This document shows positions 27,548 through 42,399 of a DNA stretch of 64,000 nucleotides, piece after piece. The position numbers were made by a program, and so were the translations under genes. The notes below the pieces were generated by a model. It ran no database searches. It saw nothing but the letters and a program-made list of their open reading frames with translations, and was not told where the DNA came from. The first letter of the stretch is position 1; every line of letters starts with the position of its first letter. The DNA is from the human T2T-CHM13v2.0 reference genome, Homo sapiens. Location: assembly GCF_009914755.1 (NCBI RefSeq), contig NC_060931.1, one strand, 5' to 3'.

Positions 27548-28658
27548 TTTTCTTTATTTTTGAAGCTCCTATTTCCCTCCCATGCAAACATTGGCATAAT
27601 AATAATTTGTGTAGTACCACTTTAATTAAAGATAAATCTTTCTCTATTTGAGTTTTCTCATCAGTTATTTTCTTCCTTTTTCATATATTTAATTCCAAGA
27701 AAATAGATGCAAAAGAATTTAATACTGGCTTAAAAAGCATTATTTATTAATTTATTATGCTTGTCTTAATTTTTAATTACAAAATTTTGAGCCTAGTACC
27801 AAATAGTACTTTCATTTCTAAAAAGGGAGGTTGCCCCAGCACTATCATGGAAATAGAGGCATTGGGCTATGGCCCTCAACACGACATCCAAGTGTGTTAC
27901 TAACTTACCTTTTATTTGCTCCAAGTCATCTGCTTATAAGAAGAGAATATGATAGTTATGAAAATATGAGCATTGTGGTTTTGTGACATTTATGTTTCTC
28001 ATTGTACCTTAAGAATAAACATTGCAATTGATTTCATGATAATAACATGCATCAGTTTTCAATGCCCACAATAAGCCAGACATTGGACTATGAATAGATA
28101 CTTTTTTGTACAATAAGTTTAATCTCACAACAGTATGCTGCAATATATTAAAAAAAATTATCCCCATATTACCAATGACCAAACTAAGCCTGGGCAAATT
28201 AAGTAATTTTATGTCTGACAGTAAAGCTCCTATTGCATTTTTTGTTAACATTTCCTCTATACAGTTGCAACTCAGTTGGACTTACATTGTATGTCTCGTT
28301 AGATAATATAATACCAACATTATCTATATAAAGGATTATATTTTTTCAAATTCATCTCCCTTGTGAAATTGGGACAAATATTCTACCAGCACTGTTATTC
28401 TTTAAATTACATTTATTAGAATGATATAGATTCTTATACTCACAAAACATGATGAGGAAACATATTATTCCAACTTCCTGTATACAGGGAACAGTTGAAT
28501 TATATACAATGTCTATCTTCTCACCTCAGAAGAGTTCCTAGGATAGAAGCCCTAAGCTCTGCATTCTTACACATAAATAATCAAAGGCCAAAAGCTGCTG
28601 TTCCCCCTGACATGCTCTCTAATTGCTACAGCTCTTTCCTGTATCTACTTAGAGCTTA

Positions 28659-29725
<1,067 letters not shown>

Positions 29726-30043
29726 TCATAGAATACCTAGTATAACTGGGGAAAATTAATGAACTAATTTTTCATTCACTCTGAAACAAATATTATTTTT
29801 CTAGGTCATGTGGAAAATATGTAGTCTTTTATAAAAGGGCAAAGACAAGATTGTAGTGTCAGTTAAAAATGTATATGTGTACATATAGATACACACACAC
29901 ACACACATAATTACCTCAAAATGAGAAATGAACTGTTAAACATTATTATTCATTTATTGAACAAATAGCTATTAAGGATGATCTTTTTGTCTTTTATTGA
30001 AAAGTGATTCCTCTGGTAGTAAAAAATAATCTATCCTTCAGAA

Positions 30044-30368
30044 TTTTTTTATTGACAGAGCCTCGCTCTGTAGCCAGGTTGGAGTGCAGTGGCACGATCT
30101 CAGCTCACTGCCACCATCTCGGCTCACTGCCACCATCTTTGCTCACTGCCACCTCTGCCTCCTGGGTTCAAGCGATTCTCCTGCCTCAGCCTCCCAAGTA
30201 GCTGGGACTACAGGCGCTCGCCACCACACCCGGCTAATTTTTGTATTTTTAGTAGAGACGGGGTTTTACCATGTTGGCCAGGATGGTCTCAATCTCCTGA
30301 CCTCATGACCCACCTGCCTTGGCCTCCCAAAGTGCTGGGATTACAGGCGTGAGGTATGTCACCTGGCC
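30044..30368 (-). mobile_element. AluSc-like with internal 19-bp triplication
   Basis: ttggccaggatggtctcaatc diagnostic. Triplication at 30097-30153. Confidence 0.94.
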
Positions 30369-31627
30369 TCAGATTTTCTTATAGATAAGAGCAGTTGGAA
30401 GAGTAGCTCATTGCATTAGGATATTAAGAATCTATGGTGAATATTTTTTAAAGCATTTTTTCAAACCTGATCCTTTCTTCAGCTTGAATTTTACTGATAT
30501 TTTTTAGATAGATTAAAACAGCACAACAGAAGAGTGACCTCAAGTTATGCCACTGAAAATAAGAAAGAAACTGTGTAACAGTCATGCCTCTGAGTCATGT
30601 TAGGCAGAATGACAAATGGACAATGATACACATAATGACATGGGAGTCTCTGGCTTTGTACAGAGGTCCATAAATATTTTGCACATGCTTGGAATACATG
30701 GACGTCCAGTTGACAGACTCTCCAAGAAAATTCTAAAATTAGATACTAGATCTAAATTGGTCTCAAGCATTTAATAAAAAGGAATGTCCTCAGAGGCTTT
30801 TAGGTCATCACACAAAGGGGTCTTCATTATGCTTTACTTAGCATTGCGCCTTGCAAGCCATTTTGGAAAAATTGAGTCAAAAGAGCTGAATATGAAGACA
30901 TTGATTCACTTTCCCCCCATATTGCAATCAATTTGAATAGCAGCGGATATGCGATTCATGTTAATTGTGCCAAAACAGCAGCAGCATGAATGTTAAATTA
31001 TTCACCATGTTCACAAACTGTCACATGGAGCAAATAGCCAACTATTCAAAATAATTGCAAAAAGATTGGCACAGCTGTAATGTGTTTTCAGTGTGTATTT
31101 TATATCCTCCTGAAACCAATGGTTAACGCAGAAAGGAATGCCTCTCTTTGATAGACTTAGATGGGAATTTAAATTTCATTCATAAGTGTTTCAAGCAAAA
31201 ATTAATTAATTCATCTGTTTATAACTTCCTCCTCTCTAAAAAAGTAAAAATATCAAAATATTTCCAGGATAGAAGAAATCAGCAATAAAAAGTGAACCCT
31301 CAAAGATATGTTGATGATGCATTGACAGGTGCTTTGTCTCCTATGGTTAAAAGGAAACAAAGTCATTATTTCTAAATTGCAGCCCTGTCTATTTTTATGC
31401 TAATAAACACACTTGACCCTATATAAAAAATCTGTTTCCATTCTAAACATTATGTTATAATATGGCTTACTAAATCTACCATGTGCTGTGGTGTTTAAAT
31501 GTGCTACATTTTGAAAAGATGAAGGGAAAAGATGGGGTATGAGGAGGGAATCACAGAAGAATAGGAGGGCAGAAATAAGAAAGAAGTAAAACAACTCAAG
31601 GTTTAAAAACTTTAAAGTATCTTTCTC

Positions 31628-31742
31628 AGATCTCTTGAGGCAAGAGTTCAATAGTTCAAGACTTCATTGAACTATGATCCTGCCAGGGCACGCTAGCCTG
31701 AGTGGCAGAGTGAGACTCTGTCTCTTCAAAAAAAAAAAAAAA
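31628..31742 (+). mobile_element. AluJ 3' portion with A tail
   Basis: gatctcttgaggcaagagttc...gaactatgatc...agcctgagtggcagagtgagactctgtctc(A)n. Confidence 0.85.
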
Positions 31743-31760
31743 TTATCCTCAGGCTGCTCA

Positions 31761-31955
31761 GGCTGGGTACCATCGCTCATACCTGTAACCCAGCACTTTG
31801 GGAGGCAGAGGCAGGAAAATCACTTGAGGCCAGCAGTTTAAAATCAGCTTGGGTGGGTAACAAAGTAAGACGCCATCTCTACAAAAAATTTAAAAAACAT
31901 ATTAGCTAGTGTGTTGGTATGCACCTGTAGTCCCAGCTACTTGGGAAGCTAAGGC
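31761..31955 (+). mobile_element. AluJ 5' portion (left arm and start of right arm)
   Basis: ggctgggtacc...cagcactttgggagg...tgtagtcccagctacttgggaagctaaggc. Confidence 0.88.
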
Positions 31956-33428
31956 CTCTGGTTAGGAAAAAAAAAAATTCTCTCATACAAGGTTAATTGA
32001 CTTTTATCTTTATTTCAAAATGTCTTGGTGATATTTTTTGTATAATTTAATATAATTCTTACTTGAGAAAAAATCTTAAATGTTACATTTGTATAGTAGA
32101 ATTTCAGATAAATGGTATATTTTGTTTCTAAATTGTTTATATTCAAAATCCTAAAATTTGAAATATTTTTGGTATGATTCCTTGATCTGCATATTGCAGA
32201 TCTTTGGTCCTTGTCGATGGGATTTTTTAATACTAATAATGATTTAAAAATTTAAGATGTTTTATTATATAAAAAGAGTTTTGCCCCAACAACTAAGTTG
32301 CATATAGTACTTCAATCTGGAAAGCTAAATAAAGAGAATTAGAATTCTTAGACTTCCCATGAATTACATGATCTTATCTTCTGCATTCGGATAGATTAAG
32401 GATTATTGTTTCATAATCCCTAGTTTTCTTGCTTCCTAATAGAAAATTATGTATAAAAGACATAAAAATAATTTAGGCAAAATTGCTTAGAAACATCAAA
32501 CTGAATATCAAAACCCCCAAATCTGCTCATTATTTTTTGGCCTCAATTCAATTTGATATTCAATTTGAATTTTTGCTATTCAGTTGGCCTTCATTAAATA
32601 ATGGAGATGAATGACATTTTTTCTTAAAAATAAATAATGCATTGGTGATAGGTAGGGATTTCAACTGAGTATGGTAATATAAATGACACATTTAGCATGA
32701 CCTTATCTTCCTATAGCTTGTCCCTTTAATTTTTCCTAACTTAGAGGAGACGACTCTACTCTGGGTGGTGAAGACATACAATATTCTATATTTAACCTCC
32801 CCATCATATTACTCTATGCCTTCCTATCTTCAGTTATGTTGAAATCATGCCTAACTGTCTTTGGCAGGATCCCAACAGGAAATTGACGACTCAATCCTAC
32901 TCAAAATAGGAAACTTTGAATAAGGTTTATTTATTTACAAAGGAAATATTTCAAAAAATATTGGTATGGAGGATCTACAAAGCACTCACTACTCCTCTCA
33001 AGGAGACTGACTCTACATAATCCTTTCCCTCTGACTTCTAGTAACAGCTCCACATCACCAACAAAAGACTGATAAACCAGTGAGAATAAAATAAACCAGT
33101 GACAAAAAAATCATCTTCAATAAAAATTAAAAGGACCTTTACTAAAGATACTTAATTATTTATTCTTATATCTAATAATTTTATATTCTCACCTCACTTG
33201 CAAATAAAATGAATATGTGCAGCCTGTCAAAGGATTGGAAGTCTTTTCAGATGTCTGACAGAAGATCTTCAGAACTACTCCTTAGTATGATATAAGGTGG
33301 GAGAACATATCTAAGTGGATGTAGATCTACAGAGATCTTATTAAGGCTTTCGGTATAACTAAGTACACACAAAAATAGTTAAAGAACTAGCTATAGAACT
33401 TTCTGAGGAAGTCTGGCCTCATCATGTA

Positions 33429-35968
33429 TAGTCATAACTCAGAGATATTGCAGGTTAGATTCCAGACCACCCCAATAAAGTGAATATCACAATAAAGTGA
33501 GTCATACAATTTTTGTTTGTTTCCCAGCACATATAAAAGTGATGTGTCAACTATACTGCGGTCTATTAAGTTTGAAAGCATTATGTCTAAACAAAAAATG
33601 TCCACACCTTAATTTTAAAATACTTTATTGCTAAAAATTGCTAAGAATCATCTCAGCCTTCAGCAACTAAAATCTGTTGTTTAGTGTAGTTACCTTCACT
33701 AATTATCTTAGCTGTATCTTCTGGATGACTTGTTGCAGCTTCTCCACAGCACTTGCTGCTTCAACTTGCACTTTTATGTTATGAAAATGGCTGCTTTTCT
33801 AAACCGCATGAACCAACCCCTGCTAGCTCTTTTTCTGGTGAAGGGTCTTGACTTAATGTTGACGGCTGCTGACTGATCAGGGTGGCAGTTGCTGAATTTT
33901 GGGGTGGCTGTAGCAATTTCTTAAACTAAGACAACAATGAAGTTCACCATATCCATTGTCTCTCCCTTTCATGAATAATTTCTCAATAGTATGTGATGCT
34001 GCTTGAGAGCATTTTAGCCCAGTGGAATTTCTTTCAAAATGTCTCAAACCCTGCCCATGCATTATCAACTAAGTTTGTGTAATATTCTAAATATTTTGTT
34101 ATTTCAATAATGTTCACAGCATCTTCAGCAGGAGTAGAATCTATTTTAAGAAACCACTTTCTTTCTTCGTAGGAAGGAAATCCTCATCCGTAAAAGTTTC
34201 ATTATGAGATTGCAGTAATTCAGTTACATCTTTAGGCTACATTTTTAATTCCAGTTCTCTTGATAATTTCACCACCCCTGCAATTATTTCCTCCACTGAA
34301 GTCTTAAAATCCTCAAAGTCATCCATGAGGATTGGAATCGACTTCTTCCAAACTTGTGTTAATGTGGATATTTTGACCTCACCCCATGAATTGTGAACGT
34401 TCTTCATGGCAACTAGAATTAATCATTTCCAGGTTTTGGATTTACTTTGACCAGATCCATCAGAGGAGTCACTATCAGTGGGAGTTATAGCCTTATGAAA
34501 TGTATTTCTTAACTAATAAGACTTGAAATTCAAAATTACTCCTTGATCCCTGAGCTACAGAATAAATGTCATATTATGAGGCATGAAAACAACATTAATC
34601 TCCTTGCACATCTCCATCAAAGCTGTTGGGTAATGAAGTGCATTGTCAGTGAGCAATAATATGCTGAAAGGAATCTTGTTTTCCTGAGCAGTAGGTCTCA
34701 ACAAAGAGCTTAAAATATTCGGTAACCCATGCTCTAATCAGACGTGCTGTCACACAGACTTCATTGTCCCATATGCAGTGCACAGGCAGAGTAGATTTAG
34801 CATGATTCTTAAGGGTCCTAGGATCTTCAGAATGGTAAGTGAACATGACCCTCAAGTTGAAATCACCAGCTATATTAGCTTCTAACAAGAGAGTTGGTCT
34901 GTGCTTTCAAATGTTGAAAACAGGTATTGACTTCTCCCTAGCTATCAAAATCTTGGATGGCATCTTCTTCCAATAGAAAGCTGTTTCATCTACTATGAAA
35001 ATCTGTTTAGTGTAGTCACCTTCATCAATTACTTAGCTACATCTTCTGAACAACTTGTTGCAACTTCTGCATCAGCACTTCCTGCTTCACCTTGCACTTT
35101 TATTTTATGGAGATGGCTTCTTTTCAAGACCTCATGAACCAAACTCTGCTGGCTTCAAACTTTTCTTCTGTAGCTTCTGCACCTCTCTCAGCCTTCACAG
35201 AATTGGAGAGTTAGGACCTTGCTTTGGATTAGACTTTGGCTTAAGAAAATGTATCTGGTTTGATCTTCCATCCAGACCACTAACATTTGCTCCATATCAG
35301 CAATAAAGCTGTTTTACCTTCTTATCATTTGTGTGTTCACAGGAGTAGCACTTTTGAATTTGCTTCAAGAACTTCTTTGCATTCATAACTTGGCTAGATT
35401 TTTGGTACAAAAGGCCTAGCTTTGGGCCTATCTCAGCTTTCAACCTGCCTTTGTCACTAAGCAAAATCATTTTCTACCTTTTGATATAAAGTGAAAGAAG
35501 TGCAACTATTCCCTTCATTTGAACTCTTAGAAGCCAATGTAGAATTATCAATTGGCCTAATTTAAATACTGAAATTATTGTTCTAAAACAAAGTATTAGG
35601 AAGACCCTAGGAGAGGGTGAGAGATGAGGAAATGGCCAGTGAGTAGAGCCATGAGAACACACATAGCATTTATTGATTAAGTTTTCTGTCTTACATAGGC
35701 ATAGTTTATGGCATCCCAAAACAATTATAATAGTAACATCAAGGGTCAGTAATCACAGATCACCATAACAAATATAATAATCTAAAAGTTTGAAATATTG
35801 CAAGAATTACCAAAATGTGATACAGACATGAAGAGAGCACATGCTGTTGAAAAAGCGGCATCTATAGACTTTCTCTATGCAGGTTTGCCAAAACCTTCAA
35901 TTTGTAAAAAAAAACACAATATCTGGGAAGTGCAGTTAAGTGAAGCATAATAAAACAAGATACGCCCG
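33429..35968 (-). mobile_element. Full-length Tigger1 (TcMar-Tigger DNA transposon), inactivated
   Basis: Both degenerate TIRs are present (consensus CAGGCATACCTCG) with TA at 33427-33428 and 35969-35970. ORF 34646..34888 (AGDFNLRVMFTYHSEDPRTLKNHAKSTLPV) is a Tigger1 transposase remnant. Confidence 0.95.
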
Positions 35969-36772
35969 TATATCAATACCTAATCCTCTGTCATATGGTT
36001 CTCTACAGTATTACGAATATAATCTAGTCATTGCTTCCAAAATTCATTTTTATACCTCTGAGAGACTTCTCAAGATAGCAAGACATATGCCAAGGGAAAA
36101 AAACTTTTTCATTGATTATCATCTTGCACCCTATGCTATTAAATGAAAAAATGATCTAACAATATTTGAATTAAAATATAAAGGGAATTAAATTTTTAAG
36201 TTTTATATCTGTGACACTGAATATAACCTCTAAATTATAAATATCATGTCCTATCTTCAGGTATTCTTACACTTATAAATAAAGCAGAAGTGCATAGTCA
36301 CCAATGATAAATACCTAGATGCAAGACAGGTTACCATGACTTTTCTCAAACACATTAAAATAATAATAAGGAGTATAGGACAAGCAGGAATAGCTATAAG
36401 CAGGCTAATCCATCATTTGTAATATTGTAAGCAGATAAGATAAAAAAGAATGACAACATTTAAAATTTCATATTTCCTTAGCAATTGGCATAACTGTTTG
36501 CTTGGAAATGACACTTCCTAACAAAGCAGCCTATGAAGAATTAGTTTTACTTTTGTTCTAAAGCTTAATATTAATTGTAAACATATGGTAGATTTTCCCT
36601 AAGAAAAATGCATATATTTTATATAAACAACAATTATTTTTTAATTGCAATAAACTTGGTTTTAATACAGAAATGTTTATTGATCCTAAGTAAATATTGT
36701 CAGCCTTATTCATTTACCCATTAAATCATTATTCAAGCACATAATGCCAATAATGTTGCCAAGCTGTTCAAG

Positions 36773-36920
36773 GGCAACGGTTCTCAAATTTTGCTATGTT
36801 GGTATCACTAGGGAAGCTTTTGCAAAATACAAATACATAGAAACTTGCTCATTCAGGATCCAAAGATGTAGAACATAATTATCTGTTCTTAATAAGTTCT
36901 TCAGATGATTTCTACACCAG
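36773..36920. mobile_element. MER5-like hAT-Charlie fragment
   Basis: caacggttctcaaattttgct...tatcactagggaagctt...taataagttcttcagatgatttct. Confidence 0.5.
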
Positions 36921-39900
36921 AAACAGATTAAACAAATTAAAATGCTTCTCAATATAAAATCTTAGAATTATTTCTGGACACATTATATAGGTACAACAAA
37001 TATTGTATAGCAGGTTCCTTTGGCATGGCAACTTACAAAACAGATGTGGACTAAGAAAAGATTTGCACCTTCATTAAAACTTTGAGGACTAAAGACAGGC
37101 AAGGGAAGATCTTTGATAAAAATAATGCTAACAATAAGAAAAGTGCCAGAGTCTCACCAAAGTTTAGTTAATGTTTCACGAAGAAGAAATAGGGTAAGAA
37201 GAAAAACCATCAGAGTAGTAAGTAAAGCTGCTTTGTTACCTCTCTCCATATAGAGGTGTGTATGTATGTTTGCATGTGTGTATGCATGTAAATGTGTGTG
37301 TGTGCATGTATATACATATATATACACACATATTTGCCCAACACATTACATTATCTGTAATATTGTCTTTGTGATCAATGGAGAGGTTAAGCCACTGACA
37401 AAGTTCAAATCTTACTGATAGAATCTCTTTTTAATATCATGATTCTTTAATGTTTTAGAAAATAACAAACTTACTTGATGAGATTGCATATAATTACATA
37501 CAGAAAAAGCAAAAATTTAAGCTACTTATGTTTCAAAATTCAACTCAATATACAGTGTGTTTCTGTATGTAAGAGTTAACCAGTTAGAATGGGGATTCTA
37601 AAAACCATAGAAAACAGGCTCTGAGGAGGAATACTTTATATGTATTTGAAAAACTAAGGCTTTAACATATGAAACCAATATAGGGAATAAAGATAATAAA
37701 ATTAACATGACATGTAGAGAATTCCAGATATCATGAACTTTAGGAAAGATAAGATGATATCATAGTTTAGAAATAAAATGGAAATCTTAACTGAACCCAG
37801 TTGCAGAGTTCACCAGGAGAAAACCTTACGGCTTATATTACATACTTCTATTGAAATAAATGTCCAGGCATACATAAGGATAATTACAAGAATAAAATCT
37901 TGCCAAAAGCAAGGACCAATATGGAAATAAAAGTGCATGGCCAAGGAATTTCTTTAAAAAGCTTCTATAGAAATGTATATTTAAAAAGGGGTTAATAGGA
38001 TAATTTATTGAAATTGTACATTATTAGATATTGAGAATAAACAAAATGAATTATAATTTTCTCACACATTTCCCCCATCTTTAATTTAATCATTCATTTG
38101 CCCTGTATTCTACATGTCCTATTTCATACTAATTTAAAGGCGACTAATTTATACCAAAGGATAGAGGAGAGCATTAAAGTGACCTATGTAAGAGATGACA
38201 CTCATAAATCAATTATTGGTGTTTCATTTTTTATCTGAAGGTCTAACTCAAAAGATATTGGCTTTGCATACAATTAAAGTTTTTTACTTTGTAAATTACA
38301 GAAAAATTCAAATATTACAGTGTTAATTGTGTTCTCTGTGTGACAGAAAGGAATTTTAGAGATGATCTTCACAACTCAAATTTTCTGGATTTAATTATTT
38401 ATAAGAAATTGTCTGGTAAACACACCAAAGGGTAAGAGGTCACTTAATTTTTTGCTCTATTTATGTTTTAAAAAAAACAGACAACATCATGATGAATGAG
38501 TATTGACCCAGAGCTAAAACATTCCCAGGAAAATATACATTATGAACTATACACAATCCATTAAACAAGACAAAGTCCATTCCATTTTAGTTTCTTTCTA
38601 GGCAGTGTGAGGAAAGAGAGAGATTTAAGACACCTTGAGCACCCTTTCGAGTGCCACTAATGAAATAAATAGTATTTGTTGTCACATCACCCACTGGGAA
38701 GTAGGTGTGATTTCATGCTTTTTCATTTGTCACTCTCCAGTTGAATAACGGTTCTTTTATAGACAGACCTTTTTCCCATAGCTGGTAACTCTACATAGAA
38801 GTTAACTGATTCATTGGTTTTTCCCTAGAATCTGTGGATCCTTGGGATAGCAAGCCATCAATACTGCATATTATTAGGTCCAACTCCTGCTATGAAAATA
38901 AGATGATCCTGCTTTATAGCCCCCCCTAGTATATGTAATGGAACTCTATGTCATTAGAAGGAGCAAAGTTGAGGAAGAAATGAATTACAAAGTATAGAAT
39001 GAGAATAAGTTTCTTGTAGGCCTAATAGGAAATACTTTAAAATAGTATTTTTGTGCTTCACAGAAAAGTTAAATTTATTTTTCTAATTGGTTACACATCA
39101 GTGACTTCTAATTCTATGTCTCATGATTCTCAGATTTAATACAATTTTAGAAAAGTATTGCACATAGTGTAAAGAGAGATAAACCATGATAAAGAGATCT
39201 AAGTTTGTGGTCACTGCTCTGTAGAACATGAACAGCATGTAATTCAATAATTAAACATTTTATCATATTGCACACATTGTGCTTGACCTTGATGTGCCAG
39301 AAATTGTTTCTTATGGGGAAAAGATGACACATCCAAAGTTGTGGTAAGAAATTAAAAATCCCCAAACCAGTTTATCTATTTAGAGAAAGCAAGATTATTG
39401 CTTTTGCGTGACCCATACGAAAGTAACGAAGTAGGTCTTGGAGGTTTGTTGATCTGCCATTAGTGGAATATCTCTTTCACAAGCAACAAAGAATGAATGC
39501 AGAAGAGGTGTCTGGCCCTCTTTGAAAAGTGAGGAGGCTCTGTTTATAAACTAAAGAAGTTGTTTTTAATATCTTAAATCTTGTGCAACATATTCAATGT
39601 GTTTGCCTGCATCAATCACCCCGAGGGCCAAATGTAAATTCCTAGGTCATCTCACGGAGGCAACACAAAGACACTCACACAGTATGTGCTCTACCTTGTG
39701 GAGAAGCATGCAAGAAAGGTGCGTGTAGGATGTGGACATAATGGTATAAAAGAATTCTAGGCAGCTAGAGTGGGATAGTAGGAAGTGGAAAGAAAGTGAA
39801 AAGAATAAGATAACGTGCTGTCTACTTTACAAGCAGTTGCATGAAGATTAATGGGCTAATTTCAGAGAAGCACTTAAACAGTTGTGGATGCCAAGTTTAA

Positions 39901-41084
39901 ACATTATTATTTATTAGTTGGCTATGTGGTAAATTTCCCCTGAGAGCACAAGTGAAAGCCATATAAAAATGTATCTTCTTATTCAATTTCAATATGCATA
40001 TTGCATATATGGTAGATTTTAATTGTGTAAGAGCGTTTGGAAAGATAGTATATCATCTTGAAGTAAGTCTAAGAGAAAAATTATATTTTTCCAAATATGT
40101 AAGCATAATCAGTATTCCAGGGGTGAGGAATCAGAAATTAACCATTAAACAAGACATTCTGTCCCTAGAGAACAAGATTCAGGACAGGGAACATAAATTC
40201 AGAATGGTGTTGTTGGGAACAGAAAAGGTGTCAGAAATCACACATTTTGCCATGGACTCCCCTATAAGAAAGTCTTAAAATAAAATGTCTTTAAATGTAC
40301 AAGTAGAACCCATAAAGCTTTACAAAAACTAAAAAAACAGAGGCTTAGAGAACCCAGACTTTCAAGTGTTATGGAGAAATTCTGAAGCACTTTGAAAATT
40401 TGTCTACAATAAAATTATAAGGCATAGCAAACAAGAATAAGTGTTCATGCAGTAAAAATCATATCTATAACTTTTTCAATGTAGTTTGTTACCCACGAGA
40501 GTAACCAAGAGGTTAAAATATATTATCACTCTTTAAAATAAGTGTGATTTTTAAAGTGCCACATTGTAGTTGGGCAAAAATTTATAGCCAATATTGTAGT
40601 CAAAATATCATATTCCAATTAAAAGCCAAAGAGCCAAATATTTACAATCTTTCTGTATTTTCTATTCACATAGCTATGTTCTATAATAAATATCCAACAC
40701 TCACTCCACAGTAACCAATATCTGAAGTTCAAAAAGCAAGATAATTTTGGTATACAGTTTTCAAAAACATCTAGTAGAAATGACATATTATTCTATTCCT
40801 AATGGCTGTGGCATTTTGGAAATGAAGATTTATAGTCAGTTATCATTGCCTATAATTATAGAGATGCCATTAAAAACCCTCTGTGCATTAAATATGCCTC
40901 ACTGATTCAACCCTCATTATTTAACGCTTGAGGATTTTTCTTTGTAGGATAGAGAGACAATAGAAATGAGAGCAGCTATGCTGTACAAGGTTAATTTGTG
41001 AATGATAAATGAGTGGTTTAAAATGAACTGCATAGGTTACAGTTTAAACAGGTTTTGGCAGAAAACCAGTTTTCTCTATTGGCG

Positions 41085-41178
41085 ATATCTATTTATATCT
41101 ATATAGATATCTATATATCTATCTATATATGTATCTATATATCTATATCTATATAGATATCTATAGATAGATAGATAT
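41085..41178. repeat. Self-complementary (TA/TCTA/TAGA) low-complexity tract
   Basis: Contains several palindromes such as ATATCTATATAGATAT. Confidence 0.85.
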
Positions 41179-41856
41179 GAAGAAGATTCAACAGCCAACA
41201 GCACAGGAGAAATGTAATTGACTAATGTAGGAAGTCTTTCTTGAGACAGATTAAAGAGTTTATCAAGATATTTTTCAATCTCAAAGCAGCCAAGATTTGT
41301 GATCCTAACTTCAAACCAGCAAGCATTCATTTGCTACCTCATTTCTTGAAACAACAGCAAAACTAAAAATACATTTTTTTTTGCTTTAAATAAGTGTGTC
41401 TCGTGTGACAGTTGAAAAAACAAAATGCATTTCAATGAAATAGCTGCCTGGAAAAGTCATTCTATCCATCTTCTCAATTTATTCAATTGAACTCTGGTAA
41501 ATCAAAGCCACTTTCTTATTATATTATTTGTCTTTAAAAGAGGAGTTCTACAGCCATGAGTGTTTTCCCAATAATTATGAGTAGGCATCCTTACAGGCAT
41601 TCTACTTCAAGGTATTAGTCCTGATGCCTGGGGTGTGGTGAGATTGGAGGTGTATTATTTCTTTACTATGTAGGACCACCTGTGTGATGTGATTTGAATG
41701 GAACTGAAATACCCGGCTTATGCAAAATAACTCCCCCACCAGACTATCACAGAAACTAACCCTTCTTTGCCAGTTTGAAATTCTCATTGCCAAGTAATTT
41801 TCTCCTCTTTCCCTAGCTACTGAAAGCTGGTAGATGATGTAAATGATGTAAGTCTC

Positions 41857-41887
41857 TGTGTGTGTGTGTGTGCGTGCGTGTGTGTGT
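41857..41887. repeat. (TG)n microsatellite
   Basis: Direct reading. Confidence 0.9.
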
Positions 41888-42399
41888 CAGGGAGTGGGGG
41901 GCGGGGGCAGGTAGTAGTTGTATGGGAATGGTAAGAAAAGGAAACAGATAATGAGATTAAAAAAATGATTAAAACATGAAATATGCCTTTAATACTTTCA
42001 TAAATTCTTCTGTTCTATCAATATGGAGGGCAAGATATGGGTTGGGTTGGCTGGGTGCAGAGATGTGGCAACATAGATGTACTCTAAAAATGGGTGATGA
42101 AGCCAGAGTACAATGAGCTAGGATGAGATGGTTGGGCCTGGAATAAATGGAGGACTAAGCAATGGGCAAATTGGGAACTATGAAGTAAAGGAAACATTTC
42201 ACTAATGAGAAAATAGAAATAATCTTAACCAAGATTGAATCAAAATTAGTGGGACCTTAAGGAGGCTACAAATACCGTACCCCATCACACAAATATTCTG
42301 TACTTATTTAGCATTCATTGATTGGGGCTACTAAGAAACTGATTTTCATTTAATAAAATGTTACCTCATTATAAACATTAAAAATAGACTATATATATG

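Noticed and set aside
34646-34888. Domesticated TIGD-like transposase gene
   Set aside because: Only an 80-aa open stretch within a decayed Tigger1.
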